From a bacterium (GTDB lineage: Bacteria; Vulcanimicrobiota; Xenobia; Xenobiales; JADMJV01), in NCBI GenBank assembly GCA_018780265.1, contig JADMJV010000021.1, forward strand, positions 1 to 64,000: a stretch of 64,000 nucleotides of DNA, given 5' to 3'. How positions within the stretch are numbered: position 1 is the stretch's first letter; the number at the start of each line of letters is the position of its first letter. The position numbers and the translations under genes are program-made. Below are positions 25,454 through 36,150 of the stretch, piece by piece. The notes below the pieces were generated by a model, which was not told the DNA's origin, searched no databases, and worked only from the letters and a program-made list of their open reading frames with translations.

Positions 25454-26746
25454 GTGGTTGCGGATCCAGTGGGGGATACTGAGTCCGTGGAGTATCAGGA
25501 CCGGCGGGTCGCCCAACGAGCCCAGGCACAGTTCCGTGTGCATTCACGGGAGTTGCTCTGGAGAAAAGGGATGGCAGGGATCGAGGCAAAGAAAGCCCCA
25601 ATGCTCTCTATGGCCACGCTGGGACTTCCCTCACGCACCCCGCTATCCAGCTTCAATAGCTGGGCTCTGTCCCTGGCCGCCCATCGCTCCGGCGAGATGG
25701 AGACGGCCGCCCTGGAGCAGGAGTTCGCCCGCCTGGCCCTGGAGATGAGCCAGATTTCGGCGGTATTCCGCAGCGAAGTGCGCTACCAGGAGCGCCAACC
25801 TCCCTGGGACCGTGTCCTGGATGCGGCGCTGGCCCAGTTGGAGCGCTGCGAAGATCTGTTTTATCTCCTCCAGGAAGCGGCTGGCCTAGGGGCCTGGGAG
25901 CAGATCGACCAGGCCCAGGTGGAGCGCCTGGGGGCAGCCCTGACCGCCCTTTTTGAGTCTTTCAAAGAAGTGAGTGCGCTCGAGAGTCAGCGCCCCCAAT
26001 TGGCCTCCTCGCCCTACGTTCACGAACTGCTGCGTTGCCTCCAGCTCCACCAGGGCGGGGGCCTGTCCCGAGAACTGGTGGAGGAACGACTGGCCTCGGT
26101 CTCTCAGCATTTTTTGCAGCTCCAGGCCCAACTGGAGAGCACCCCCCTGCGACTGCCGGCCGTAGACCAGTTGCTGGAAACTCTCGAAGTTCAGCAGATC
26201 GCCTTTGACGAGCTCTCCTCGGCACTCCAGTCGGGACACCCTGTGCCGGCCCGGCTTACGTATGTGCTGCGCGACTGTGCCGAGGAAGCCCGGGCCATCC
26301 ACCAGGAAATTCTCGATATGCAGGGCACCGATGCGGCCTGGTGCCTGGCCTGCGAAGGCATTGTAGTGGTCAACGCGGGGGTCTGCTCCGAGTGTGGGGC
26401 GGCGCTGGGCGGCGACCAGGTCGATCAGGGGGTTCTGGGTCTGGTGGAGTTGGCCAATCAGGCTTATCACCACAATCAGCCTCAGGATTGGGAGCTGCTT
26501 GAGACCCGAGTAGCCCAGTCTTTGAGCCAGCTCGGGGAGGTTTTGGCCAAGGCCCGCAGCCTGCCCCAGCCGCCGCCTCAGGTCGAGGCGGCCCTGAGCG
26601 GGCTGCAGCAGGTGTTGGTCGAAATTCAAGGCTGCGCCACTCAGCGCGACGGGGCCGGCCTGCGCGGCCACATTCTCGGCCTAGAACAGTCTTTGGCCGC
26701 CGCCCAGGAGGCTCAAAGCGAGGCCAGCAAGGAGATGTCCACGTGA
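25454..26746 (+). CDS. Hypothetical alpha-helical protein with an internal CxxC...CxxC zinc-ribbon. The start codon is uncertain.
   Basis: Contains 'CLACEGIVVVNAGVCSECGAALGG'. Its stop overlaps the rraA-like start by 4 nt. Confidence 0.4.
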   Translation: MVADPVGDTESVEYQDRRVAQRAQAQFRVHSRELLWRKGMAGIEAKKAPMLSMATLGLPSRTPLSSFNSWALSLAAHRSGEMETAALEQEFARLALEMSQISAVFRSEVRYQERQPPWDRVLDAALAQLERCEDLFYLLQEAAGLGAWEQIDQAQVERLGAALTALFESFKEVSALESQRPQLASSPYVHELLRCLQLHQGGGLSRELVEERLASVSQHFLQLQAQLESTPLRLPAVDQLLETLEVQQIAFDELSSALQSGHPVPARLTYVLRDCAEEARAIHQEILDMQGTDAAWCLACEGIVVVNAGVCSECGAALGGDQVDQGVLGLVELANQAYHHNQPQDWELLETRVAQSLSQLGEVLAKARSLPQPPPQVEAALSGLQQVLVEIQGCATQRDGAGLRGHILGLEQSLAAAQEAQSEASKEMST

Positions 26747-27225
26747 CCTTTACGACCGCCGATTTGTATGACGCCCACGAGCACGAAGTGCAGGTGGGCC
26801 AACCGGTATTTCACTGCTACGGGGGCCACAGCACCTTCTGCGGAGCCTGCGCCACCCTCAAAGTCTTCGAAGACAACTCGCTGGTACGCCAGGCTCTGGA
26901 GCAGCCCGGTCAGGGACGGGTGCTGGTGGTGGACGGAGGCGGTTCGCTGCAGTGCGCTCTGGTGGGTGATCAGCTGGCCCAACTGTCCATCGACAACGGC
27001 TGGGCCGGTCTGGTGGTCTACGGCTGCATCCGAGATTCGGTGGCCATGGCCACCATGCCGCTGGGCCTCAAGGCCTTGCAGACCAACCCCCGCAAGAGCG
27101 TGAAAAAGGGCCAGGGTGAGCGCGATGTCACGGTCAATTTCGCCGGCCTGACCATCGCGCCCGGCAATTTTCTCTACAGCGATCCGGATGGGATTTTGGT
27201 GGCCGAGTCCAAATTGGGGGGATAA
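26743..27225 (+). CDS. RraA-family protein (RNase E regulator / 4-hydroxy-4-methyl-2-oxoglutarate aldolase family).
   Basis: 'GQGRVLVVDGGGSLQCALVGDQLAQLSIDNGWAGLVVYGCIRDS' aligns closely with the RraA core. Confidence 0.75.
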   Translation: MTFTTADLYDAHEHEVQVGQPVFHCYGGHSTFCGACATLKVFEDNSLVRQALEQPGQGRVLVVDGGGSLQCALVGDQLAQLSIDNGWAGLVVYGCIRDSVAMATMPLGLKALQTNPRKSVKKGQGERDVTVNFAGLTIAPGNFLYSDPDGILVAESKLGG

Positions 27226-27287
27226 ATCGATGTCTCAATACCTGTCTTCAATTGAGCAGTTGCTGCAACGCGCCAATGGGCTTCGGC

Positions 27288-28259
27288 CTACTGGCCCTTG
27301 GCAAAGATCAGCTCGGAGTTGGGCAGGTCAAAAGTGACCGTGTAGCGCCGCAAAAAGTCCTGACCCAAGACTCCCTCGGCCAGAAGTTTGCGAAACACCA
27401 CCGTCGCTTTCTCCTGCGTCAGGGTGGGGTTATCCACCATCTCAATCTTGCCGAGGTGGGTGGCCCAGCTCCGAAATCGCAGGCCATTCTGATCGGTTGG
27501 TTCGGTCTCAGTAACATTGGTGCCGGTGGCGTCGACTTTGAGAGTGAACATCAACTTGGAGTCGAGCAACAGATTCTCGCATCCCGTGTTGACCTGGACC
27601 CAGGCCCGTGGGGGATCCGGGGCTCCTCCTCCGAAGGACGATAAAAAGCCCGCAATTCCCCCGGGATTGGGCGGGTCAGGAGCCCGCTCTTGCAGCGTCA
27701 GGGGCACCGAAGCTACCACATTTTCGTCCGAAAGTCTGCATTCCACTTTCAACCCGGCGGCCTTTCGTTTGGCCAAAGAGTCGGAGTCTTCCAGCACCAC
27801 TTTCTGGTTGGCATAGTCCAGGGTAAAGGGGTGATTTCGGAAAAAGGCCAGCGACAGGATCCCATCGACCTTGGTTTCCCCGTCATTGCCCACAAAGCAG
27901 CGGGGCTCCCCAATCACCACGTCTTGATCGGCTTCCTTCTGATTGCCCAAGGCCAGCGACGAGAGCCTGCCTTGGGCAAGATTCAGCTCGCCCCCCGTGA
28001 CCGGCCGGACTTTGTAGTTTGGGGTGGACTCTATCCCAAGCTTGCTGGCCAGTTGCGGACTGATAAGGTTGAACCCTAAGCCAGTATCCAGCAGGAATTC
28101 AGCCTCGATCGAGTCGGCCACCTTGACGGGCAGCAAAAGAGCCCGCTTCTTGCCAATCTTGAAGGGCACGCTGGGCACACTCGAGGGGGATTCGTCGGCC
28201 TGGACCAGGCCGGCTCCGGCCAAAATTCCAAGACCAATAAAGAAGAATAGATGTTTCAC
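27288..28259 (-). CDS. Secreted retropepsin-like (clan AA) aspartic protease domain protein.
   Basis: Signal peptide 'MKHLFFFIGLGILAGAGLVQA'. 'AEFLLDTGLGFNLISPQLASKLG' carries the D-T/S-G catalytic motif. Confidence 0.5.
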   Translation of the reverse strand: MKHLFFFIGLGILAGAGLVQADESPSSVPSVPFKIGKKRALLLPVKVADSIEAEFLLDTGLGFNLISPQLASKLGIESTPNYKVRPVTGGELNLAQGRLSSLALGNQKEADQDVVIGEPRCFVGNDGETKVDGILSLAFFRNHPFTLDYANQKVVLEDSDSLAKRKAAGLKVECRLSDENVVASVPLTLQERAPDPPNPGGIAGFLSSFGGGAPDPPRAWVQVNTGCENLLLDSKLMFTLKVDATGTNVTETEPTDQNGLRFRSWATHLGKIEMVDNPTLTQEKATVVFRKLLAEGVLGQDFLRRYTVTFDLPNSELIFAKGQ

Positions 28260-28337
28260 GCCCTTGCCTTCTGTCCAGGGTCAAGGCCACCTCCCCAGTA
28301 GTAGGGGAGGGGAGCCCCACCCGCGAACGCCCGCCAG

Positions 28338-29219
28338 GTGACCATTGAATGTAGCTCAATAAGCAATCCGCCCTTCGCCCTTTTGGAGTTTACGGGACCG
28401 GATCGCAACGAGTTTTTGCATCGTCTGCTCAGCAACGATCTGATGCTGCAGCCGGGTCAGGCCACCAGCGCCTACTACTTATCAGTTCTGGGCCGGCCGC
28501 TGGCTCAGTTCTGGGTTTTTCAGGATGTGCAGAGCAGTTGGCTGGTCTGTCCCGATTTGGTGGGCGAGGCCGGTTTGCATGAGCTGGACAAGATGCACTT
28601 TGGCGAGAAGCTGGCCATGTTCAACCGCACTCCCGACTGGCACGCCACCATGCTGGTGGGGCCCGGGCGCAGCGCCTGGTTGTCCCAGAAGCTGGGCCAA
28701 CCAGCCCCGTCCCGGTGGGGCCTGCAAAGTGGTCCCGAGCACCTGTGGTGCCGCTTCCCCTTGCTGGCCTCGGGCAGCGACCTGCTCTTTACGCGCCAGC
28801 CTCTTTCCACCGACCTGCCCGATCTCAGCGCCCGCTGGGAGTTAGAGCGCATTCAGGCCTGTCGTCCCTGGCCCACCGATTGGAGCGAGAAGACCCTGCT
28901 TCTTGAGGTGGCCGAAGAGAGCGACTATGTGGACGGCAAGGGCTGCTATCCGGGTCAGGAAGTGGTGGCGCGCACCCTCCATCGCGGCCATATCAATCGC
29001 CACATCTGCACCCTTACCGGCTCGCTGCCCCAGCCGGCGGCCGGCACCAGGCTCAAGTTGGGCGACAAGGAGGTAGGCTGGGTCAGCAGCTCTGCCGTCG
29101 ACCTGCAACAGGTCTATGCCATGGCTTTCTTGCGCCGCGAGGCCTGGGAGCCGGGCAGCCAGCTACAAAGAGAGGACGAGGGTAGCCTGATCGTGAGTCA
29201 CCCTCGCCGGGAGGCCTGA
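28338..29219 (+). CDS. ygfZ: YgfZ-type folate-binding protein (aminomethyltransferase-like; Fe-S cluster repair / tRNA modification).
   Basis: C-terminal '[26 protein letters not shown]' matches the YgfZ signature. Sits directly upstream of thyA. Confidence 0.65.
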   Translation: MTIECSSISNPPFALLEFTGPDRNEFLHRLLSNDLMLQPGQATSAYYLSVLGRPLAQFWVFQDVQSSWLVCPDLVGEAGLHELDKMHFGEKLAMFNRTPDWHATMLVGPGRSAWLSQKLGQPAPSRWGLQSGPEHLWCRFPLLASGSDLLFTRQPLSTDLPDLSARWELERIQACRPWPTDWSEKTLLLEVAEESDYVDGKGCYPGQEVVARTLHRGHINRHICTLTGSLPQPAAGTRLKLGDKEVGWVSSSAVDLQQVYAMAFLRREAWEPGSQLQREDEGSLIVSHPRREA

Positions 29220-29221
29220 AG

Positions 29222-30016
29222 ATGGAAGCCTATCTCAACTTACTGCGCGAGGTTCGCAGCCAGGGCGTGCTCAAGGAAGATCGCACCGGCACCGGCACGC
29301 TCAGTCTTTTTGGGCGCCAGATTCGCTTTGACCTCAGTCAGGGCTTCCCGGCCGTGACCACCAAAAAGCTGCACCTCAAGTCCATTCTTTACGAACTGCT
29401 CTGGTTTTTGCGGGGCGATACCAACATCGGCTGGCTGCGCCAACATGGAGTCAGCATTTGGGATGAATGGGCCGACGAGAAGGGCGATCTGGGCCGGGTT
29501 TACGGGGCCCAATGGCGCTCCTGGCGTTGTCCCGACGGTAGCACCCTGGACCAGATTCAGCAGGTGGTCCACTCTTTACGCCATAATCCCGACTCTCGTC
29601 GCCACCTGGTGAGTGCCTGGAATCCCGGCGAAATCGAGGAAATGGCTCTGCCCCCCTGCCATGCTTTTTTTCAGTTTTATGTGGCCCAGGGCCGGCTTTC
29701 GTGCCAACTCTATCAGCGCAGCGCCGACCTGTTTTTGGGAGTGCCCTTCAATATTGCCTCCTATGCGGCTCTCACGCTGATGATGGCCCAGGTGTGCGGC
29801 TATCAGCCGGGCGATTTTGTGCACACTTTTGGCGATGCCCACATCTACAACAATCACCTCGATCAGGTCGACCTGCAGCTCAGCCGTCAGCCCTTTGCTC
29901 TACCCACTCTCCACCTCAATCCAGATCGCCGCCAACTGGAAGAGTTCGTCTACGAGGATTTCACTCTGCACCACTATGAGCACCATCCCGCCATCAAGGC
30001 GCCGGTGGCCGTGTGA
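29222..30016 (+). CDS. thyA: Thymidylate synthase.
   Basis: Full-length ThyA with '[11 protein letters not shown]...', '[10 protein letters not shown]', '[12 protein letters not shown]' (catalytic Cys) and 'DAHIYNNH'. Confidence 0.9.
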   Translation: MEAYLNLLREVRSQGVLKEDRTGTGTLSLFGRQIRFDLSQGFPAVTTKKLHLKSILYELLWFLRGDTNIGWLRQHGVSIWDEWADEKGDLGRVYGAQWRSWRCPDGSTLDQIQQVVHSLRHNPDSRRHLVSAWNPGEIEEMALPPCHAFFQFYVAQGRLSCQLYQRSADLFLGVPFNIASYAALTLMMAQVCGYQPGDFVHTFGDAHIYNNHLDQVDLQLSRQPFALPTLHLNPDRRQLEEFVYEDFTLHHYEHHPAIKAPVAV

Positions 30017-30492
30017 TGCTGACCACCGTAGCTGCGCTTTCGCGCAATCGAGTGATCGGCCGTAACGGCCAACTTCCCTGGACGCTAGCCGGCGACATGC
30101 GGCACTTTCGCGAGACTACCCGCGATGGCGTCATTGTGATGGGTCGCACTACTTACGAGTCGATCGGCAGGCCTTTGCCCCATCGCCAAAACTGGGTGCT
30201 GACTCGCCAGCAAGACTGGCATGCCGAGGGTGTGCGCGTCTTTCACGGCCTGGAAGATCTGTTGGCGGCGGCCCAAGAGCATGCTCAGGTGTGGGTGATC
30301 GGCGGACAGCAGATCTACGAAATTCTTTTGCCCCATTGTCGGCGCCAGTGGCTTACCGAGATCGAGGCCGAGGTGGAGGGCGATACCTTCTATCCCGACT
30401 TTGACCCCACCGAATGGAATTTGATCAAAGATCGTGCCGGCCCTGAAGGGGAAGAATTCGCCTACCGTTTTTGCCTTTACGAGCGCAGATGA
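30013..30492 (+). CDS. folA: Dihydrofolate reductase.
   Basis: '[30 protein letters not shown]...[13 protein letters not shown]' is a DHFR signature. 4-nt overlap with thyA. Confidence 0.85.
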   Translation: MMLTTVAALSRNRVIGRNGQLPWTLAGDMRHFRETTRDGVIVMGRTTYESIGRPLPHRQNWVLTRQQDWHAEGVRVFHGLEDLLAAAQEHAQVWVIGGQQIYEILLPHCRRQWLTEIEAEVEGDTFYPDFDPTEWNLIKDRAGPEGEEFAYRFCLYERR

Positions 30493-30905
30493 CGCTGCAA
30501 GTAGTCCTGCAGTAGCTTCTTCAGTTCGGGTTGGGCGGCCACTTCCGGGCATTTGGCCAGGGCGCTGTCGGCGCTCCATTGCTCCACCCGGGCCACGTGC
30601 TGCAGCACCATCAAAGCCGCCCGGGTGCCGCCTTTCGACATCACCACCACCGGCGATGGGCCGCGCAAAAACTCGCGACGCAACATGTCCATATCCTGCT
30701 CCGACCAGGAGGCCGCCGTGACCGGCAGGGACACGCGCTGGATGCCTTTCTCTTTTAAGCCTTCGGGTAGGGCGGCAATTTCATTGACCTTGCGCAGGTC
30801 GACCACCAGTTTGCTTTCGGGGGCCTCCTGGGTCATGGCCTGATCCAACCAGGCGCTGTCACAGGCCAGCAGCGACACTCCTCGACATTCCAACTGTAAA
30901 CGCAC
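30477..30905 (-). CDS. Hypothetical protein with a PTP/DUF442-like fold in which the expected nucleophile Cys is Ser.
   Basis: 'VVVMSKGGTRAALMV' resembles the C(X)5R P-loop with Cys replaced by Ser. It overlaps the folA 3' end convergently by 16 nt. Confidence 0.3.
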   Translation of the reverse strand: MRLQLECRGVSLLACDSAWLDQAMTQEAPESKLVVDLRKVNEIAALPEGLKEKGIQRVSLPVTAASWSEQDMDMLRREFLRGPSPVVVMSKGGTRAALMVLQHVARVEQWSADSALAKCPEVAAQPELKKLLQDYLQRHLRS

Positions 30906-30915
30906 GGCTCATCTC

Positions 30916-32898
30916 CTAGGGGTTTTGCGGCTTGGTTGAACCCGGAAAGAACATCTCCTGCATCTCTTTGCTTTGCACCGCCCCGGTGACCACGCCATCC
31001 AGGCTGCCCACGTCCAACTGGCTGAGGTCGATGGGGGCGGCAAAGAAGCGGTCGTGGAGGGCTTCGGCCAGCTTGGGAGCGGCTTCCTCGCCCTTCTTCA
31101 AGGGCTCCATCTCGGTCTGGGACAGCACGCTTTTGTCGGGCCCCAACAGGCGGGCCGACGACTTGTTGACCTCTACCCGAAAGGCGCCGTCCACCTCGCT
31201 AAAGCGGGGCGATCGGCGGCACATGCCGATGACGGCTTCGGCCACGGCCGATCCGTCGCTGGCAAAGCTGACCGGCAGCGGGATCTGCAGGTTGCGCATA
31301 AAACAGGGAGACTTCTCCATGACCTCTTGAATTAAGGGAAGGGCGCTCTTTTGGTCGCCAGCGGCTAGGTGCAGTTTGGCGGCCCGGGCCACCACCCGGG
31401 TGCGCAGCAGCACCTCGGAGGCGGGCAGGTCCTTGAGCACCTGCTCCAGCCGGCCCAGCGCCTCCTGGCGCCGCCCCGCCCGGGCCAGCGCTTCAAAGCG
31501 GATGGCGTTCAGGTAAGGCCGTTCCAGCTCCAGGGTTTCAAACTTTTTGGCCTCCAACTGGTCCAGGGCCGCCAGGGTGGTGCCCGGACCCAGCAGGGTG
31601 GCCAGTTCCAGGCGCACGTAGTTGGGGATCAGCACGGTGCCGGGGGCGTAGGCGTAGCGCAGGCAGCTGAGCGTGCGTCCGTGAGCCACCAGGCTGGAAG
31701 CCGCCTGCTGGCCTTTGAGGTAAGCTTGCCAGGCCAGGTCGCGCTGTTCCCAGAGCAGCTTCCACCAGGCTTTGCCCTTGGTCCAGACCATCTGCTCCTG
31801 AATGGCGTGACGGCGGGCATTGGCCGCCTCGCGAAAGACGATCATGTTGGCGGCCGCCCACTGGTCGCGTTGCACCGAGTCGCCGCCCTTGCGGTCGGGT
31901 CGCTCTACAAAGCCCTGAGCGATCTTGTAAGCCTCTTCGGTCATACCCAGCTGCAGAAAAATTTCGCAGGTCAACTGCTGGTTGGCGGCCCAACTCTGCT
32001 GAGCCAGGAAGGGCTCGGACTTAAAGGTCCACTGGTGGCATTTCTTCAGCGACGAGACGGCCTCGGCGTAGCGCCCCTGGCCCAGGTACAGGGTGGCCAG
32101 GTCCCACCAGGGGTTGGAAAAGGCGCCCGGGTCAAAATATTCGGTGGACTTGAGAAAGAGTCGCTCGGCCTCGTCAAACTCCAACAGGCAGGCGGCTGCC
32201 TCTCCGGCGTTGCGATAGTAGGTGACGGTCATTTCCCAGCCGTTGCGGTCAACCGACTCGAGCAGCTTGCCAAAAGCGCGTGCCCCGGCCTGCAGGTGGT
32301 CGGTCTCCATCTCCAGGGCGCCCAGCGAATTGAGCACCTGAGTCACGGCAAACTCGGATTCGCCGTCGCGCAAGGCCATGCGCAACTTCTCGCGGGCCTC
32401 CTGTTCGCGACCCAACTTCATCAGCGGCCAGCTGTAAAAGGCCTGAATGGCCGACAGGTGGCGGCCGTAATGGCTCCACAGTTTGTCCAGGCGGTCCCAG
32501 GTCTTGATCTGCTCTTCGTAGAGATCCATTTCGCCGGTGACCATGGCCTGTTCCAGGATGATCTTCTCCATCCATCCCCATGGGGCGCTATAGCTGGGCG
32601 GGTTGCCGTATTTTTTTTCAAACTTGAGCATGGCCTGCTCCAAATACCAATGGGAGCGCGGCAGGTCGCCCTCGGCGTGGTGGAGCACGTAACCCATAAA
32701 ATAATAGGTGCTGAAGAGGTCCTTGGTGGCCTCGTCGTTGAGCATCTTTTGGGCCAGCTCGCGCAGATGGACGTATTTCTTGCTCTCGATGGCCAGCAAG
32801 GCGGCAGCTTCCGAGGGGGTGGTGGTCATGGGCCCGTCAGCCAGCGCCAGCCCACCCAGGGCCAACAGCCAGACCAGCACCATCAGCCAGCGTTTCAT
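30916..32898 (-). CDS. Secreted TPR-like helical-repeat protein of the MoxR operon (BatC/BatE-like position).
   Basis: Signal peptide 'MKRWLMVLVWLLALGGLALA'. Its start codon overlaps the MoxR stop (ATGA). Helical-repeat composition throughout. Confidence 0.45.
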   Translation of the reverse strand: MKRWLMVLVWLLALGGLALADGPMTTTPSEAAALLAIESKKYVHLRELAQKMLNDEATKDLFSTYYFMGYVLHHAEGDLPRSHWYLEQAMLKFEKKYGNPPSYSAPWGWMEKIILEQAMVTGEMDLYEEQIKTWDRLDKLWSHYGRHLSAIQAFYSWPLMKLGREQEAREKLRMALRDGESEFAVTQVLNSLGALEMETDHLQAGARAFGKLLESVDRNGWEMTVTYYRNAGEAAACLLEFDEAERLFLKSTEYFDPGAFSNPWWDLATLYLGQGRYAEAVSSLKKCHQWTFKSEPFLAQQSWAANQQLTCEIFLQLGMTEEAYKIAQGFVERPDRKGGDSVQRDQWAAANMIVFREAANARRHAIQEQMVWTKGKAWWKLLWEQRDLAWQAYLKGQQAASSLVAHGRTLSCLRYAYAPGTVLIPNYVRLELATLLGPGTTLAALDQLEAKKFETLELERPYLNAIRFEALARAGRRQEALGRLEQVLKDLPASEVLLRTRVVARAAKLHLAAGDQKSALPLIQEVMEKSPCFMRNLQIPLPVSFASDGSAVAEAVIGMCRRSPRFSEVDGAFRVEVNKSSARLLGPDKSVLSQTEMEPLKKGEEAAPKLAEALHDRFFAAPIDLSQLDVGSLDGVVTGAVQSKEMQEMFFPGSTKPQNP

Positions 32899-33905
32899 CG
32901 CATGGTCGACCGCGACAGAGATTCCAGGGGCGCCTTGAGACACTTCTTCACAACTTCGCGCACGTCTTCCACGCCCGGAACCAGTTCCAGGCGGTGGGCA
33001 AAAACGTGGGGAGCCAGCGTGGACACGTCTTCGGGGGTCACAAAATCGCGCCCTTTCACAAAGGCCAGCGCCTGCAGAGCCGGTAGCAGCAGTACCAGGC
33101 TGCGCGTGGACACGCCCTGGGCCACCTGCGGCGACTGGCGCAAGGCTGTAGCCACGTCCACCAGGCTGTCCGACAGGCGCGGGTCGATGTAGACGTGTTC
33201 GTCCAAAATGTTGCGGGCCTCAATCAGGGCGTCGCGGGTCACCTTGGGGGCGTTATCCGGAGCCTGCTGACGGCGGTCGCGATAGGATCGCAGCACGTCC
33301 ACTTCGGCGCTGCGTTCGATGTAGTCCATGCGGATCTTAAAGAGAAAGCGGTCCAGTTGGGCCACCGGCAGGGGATAGGTGCCCACCTGGTCGCGCGGGT
33401 TTTGGGTGGCGATCACAAAAAACAGATCATCCAGCGGGTAGGTGTGATTGTCCACCGTGACTTGCTTTTCGGCCATGGCCTCCAGCAAGGCGGATTGCAC
33501 CTTGGGCGAGGTCCGGTTGATTTCGTCGGCCAACAATACGTGGGCGAAGATGGGACCCGGGCGAAAGTGAAACTGCTGGCTTTCGGGGTCAAAAACCGAC
33601 ACGCCGGTCACATCAGAGGGTAGCAGGTCGGGGGTAAACTGAACGCGCCGGAAGGGTTCGATAAATTCGGTGGGATTATTGTCTTCAAACGACTCTCCCA
33701 GGGCCTTGGCCAGGGTGGTCTTGCCGGAACCGGGATGATCTTCCAAAAGCACATGCCCGTCGGCCAGCAGGGCGATCAAAATCAGGTCGATCACCTCGTC
33801 GCGACCGCGCACGGCGAAGGTGAGACGATGGCGCAACTGCTCCACCACCTGTTTGGCGTGGGCCAATAATTCTTGACGGCTACTTGCAGAGACAGTTGAG
33901 CTCAC
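32895..33905 (-). CDS. MoxR-family AAA+ ATPase.
   Basis: Walker A 'GSGKTT', 'LLADEINRTSPKVQSALLEAMAEKQVTV', and MoxR length (336 aa). Confidence 0.85.
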   Translation of the reverse strand: MSSTVSASSRQELLAHAKQVVEQLRHRLTFAVRGRDEVIDLILIALLADGHVLLEDHPGSGKTTLAKALGESFEDNNPTEFIEPFRRVQFTPDLLPSDVTGVSVFDPESQQFHFRPGPIFAHVLLADEINRTSPKVQSALLEAMAEKQVTVDNHTYPLDDLFFVIATQNPRDQVGTYPLPVAQLDRFLFKIRMDYIERSAEVDVLRSYRDRRQQAPDNAPKVTRDALIEARNILDEHVYIDPRLSDSLVDVATALRQSPQVAQGVSTRSLVLLLPALQALAFVKGRDFVTPEDVSTLAPHVFAHRLELVPGVEDVREVVKKCLKAPLESLSRSTMR

Positions 33906-33930
33906 GAAAAAGACGGTCCTTCCTGATATC

Positions 33931-36150
33931 TCACTTGGAACTCCACCAAGAGAGGGGGTTGATAAAGCCCAGCAATCGGCGCCACAGGGAGTAGCGGCGG
34001 GCGATCTGCTGATGCAAACGTTCGCGCAGTTGCAAAAGTTCTTTGGCGGGCGGGGTCTTGCCCCCCATGGTGGCGGCCAGATGCCAGTAGGTGAGGGGCT
34101 CTAAGGCCTCCAGACCCAGGCGTCGCGCAAAGACCATGCGGTCTTCCCCAAAACTGCGCAGGGCGCCCACTTCGGCCAACTGGTCCTGACCCGATCGCAG
34201 GGCCGCCACCGGCAGGCGCTGACTGGAGCACCATAGGGGCTCGAAGCGACGGAAGAACTTATACAGATAGTTGGCCACGAAGGCGGCCAAAAAGCCCCAT
34301 TTGAGGATGCTCCAGGCGGCCAGCAGAAAAGCTCGAAAAAGCTGCTGTAGAGAACGCTTCTTGAACTTTTCCGCATCCTCGGGCGGGCCTTTCTGATCGC
34401 GGGCCAGTTCGCCCAACATGCGCTGCAGATTGGGGTCGGGCTGATCCATATCGCCGCCCTCATGTTTTTCGGGGCTGATGTCCAAAATCACCCAACCGGC
34501 CCCCTGCAGGTAGACCTCGGGCCAGGCGTGGGCCTCGCCACTGCGCAGCAAGATGGCCGTTCCGTTGCCGCGATTGCGAGCATCGGTGGCATAGCCGGCG
34601 CCCACCCGGCTGGGCACTCCCAGGGAACGAAACAGGTAGACGGCGGCGTGAGCCTGATGGACGCAGTAGCCGCGCTGATCCTCAAACAGGTAGTGGGCCA
34701 CCGGGTCGGGGTAGCCTTCGTGGCTGGCTCTCATGGTGTAGGTCATGGTCTGATCCATGTAAAGCTTGACGGCCACCGCCCGGGCAAAATCGGACTGTTG
34801 ATACTGAGGAGGCAGTTGGGCCGCGCAGCGCTCGGCCAACTCCTTGTATTTGGGGTTGTCGGGCAGGGCTGTATAGTGCTTCCAGGTTTTCTCGTCCCAA
34901 CTGGGGTCGCCCGACTTGAGGGGAAAGAGCTGGTCAAACCGGCAGCTGAGCACCAGCGACTTGCACTCGTAGGCGCGCACAAACTGGCTGGGGTTGGGGT
35001 TGTTGGCCGGTTCGGCGGTGCGCCCGTCCACCAGTGAAAAAGGTTTGGTGTGCCCCTTGATCATGGCTACTTTGGTGCCCAACTGGCGATGGTAGGGCGA
35101 GTTGAGCGGCACCGTGGATTGGATGGAGATGGGCTGGGTGGGAAAGCCCGGCAACATATCCTGATCGGTTTTTCCGGTGGTGTCGGCGACCAGTCGTTTG
35201 CCGTTGTATTGGCTGAAGGCGGTCTGGCGAAAATAGTAGTAGCCGTAGGGCGGATCGTAGTCGTCGCGCAGCAGCACCACGGCCACCGGTTCGGGCTTGG
35301 ATTTGTCTTCCTGAGGCTTCTCAAGAGGCATTTCCTCGGCCTCGGATCGGCCTCCGCCTTGCTCCTCATCCTTCTTGTCGGGCTTGCCGTCCTTGGGCTT
35401 GCCCTTGCCGCCCTCCCCCTGCTTGTTCTTGCCTTTCACTCCAAAGGGGTCGTGGATGTCAAAATCCAGCAGTTTGCGGTCGGGGACCACGGCGTAAAGC
35501 AGTCCGATGATCACAAACAATAACAGCATGTCAAACCAGGAGGCGCGCCGCGTCCGTCGCCCGTTTTGCAAGATGACCAGCAGCGCGGCGGCCACCGCCC
35601 CCAGCGCAAAGAGCACGGGGATGGGGTCAAGGTTTTGCGACCAGAGCGGGTCGACCAGAAAGTAAGGACGGTTGATAAATCCCTGGCGATGGGAGGCCAG
35701 CGGGCTGGCCAACAGCAGGGTGACGGAGAGAATTTCAGCGCTGATCAAAAACGGTTGGCGGCCGCTCAAAAAGCGCAGCATGGCCGTGGCGCACAAGGCC
35801 TTGCCTCCCCAGTTAAACCACTGCGAGGCGGTGAAAGCATTGGCCGCACCTAGAGCCGAGGCGGCCGCGTAGTTGTCGCAGAAAAGGCCGGCAGCCAGGG
35901 TGGTCATCAGGTAGGCTAGCAGGCCTCCGGCCAGCGCGGCCGGCATGCGCAGCGGGGTAGCCGCCAGGGCGCAGCCCACCAGGTAGCCCACGAAACCCCC
36001 CAGGGCCGCGATCAGGGCTGCCGAGGGCAGGCTTACAAAGAAGGTGGCCACGCAGGTGGCGCAGGCCCAGACCAGGGCCGAGGCCAATTCTCTGAAGCGA
36101 ACTCCCTTAACCAAGGCCCTTACCTCCCTGACTTTCATGGTAGCGCACAA
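33931..36150 (-). CDS. Transglutaminase-like (Cys-His-Asp) domain membrane protein.
   Basis: 'GYCVHQAHAAVYLFRSLGVPSRVGAGY' is the transglutaminase core. N-terminal TM helices. Lys/Glu-rich linker 'KGKNKQGEGGKGKPKDGKPDKKDEEQGGG'. Confidence 0.7.
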   Translation of the reverse strand: MCATMKVREVRALVKGVRFRELASALVWACATCVATFFVSLPSAALIAALGGFVGYLVGCALAATPLRMPAALAGGLLAYLMTTLAAGLFCDNYAAASALGAANAFTASQWFNWGGKALCATAMLRFLSGRQPFLISAEILSVTLLLASPLASHRQGFINRPYFLVDPLWSQNLDPIPVLFALGAVAAALLVILQNGRRTRRASWFDMLLLFVIIGLLYAVVPDRKLLDFDIHDPFGVKGKNKQGEGGKGKPKDGKPDKKDEEQGGGRSEAEEMPLEKPQEDKSKPEPVAVVLLRDDYDPPYGYYYFRQTAFSQYNGKRLVADTTGKTDQDMLPGFPTQPISIQSTVPLNSPYHRQLGTKVAMIKGHTKPFSLVDGRTAEPANNPNPSQFVRAYECKSLVLSCRFDQLFPLKSGDPSWDEKTWKHYTALPDNPKYKELAERCAAQLPPQYQQSDFARAVAVKLYMDQTMTYTMRASHEGYPDPVAHYLFEDQRGYCVHQAHAAVYLFRSLGVPSRVGAGYATDARNRGNGTAILLRSGEAHAWPEVYLQGAGWVILDISPEKHEGGDMDQPDPNLQRMLGELARDQKGPPEDAEKFKKRSLQQLFRAFLLAAWSILKWGFLAAFVANYLYKFFRRFEPLWCSSQRLPVAALRSGQDQLAEVGALRSFGEDRMVFARRLGLEALEPLTYWHLAATMGGKTPPAKELLQLRERLHQQIARRYSLWRRLLGFINPLSWWSSK

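Noticed and set aside
24823-25482. Two ORFs on opposite strands translating to near-identical 'FPVDxKxFPVNWK' peptides.
   Set aside because: They are an artefact of reading through the perfect inverted repeat at 25159-25197 in both directions. The region is reported as a regulatory palindrome instead.
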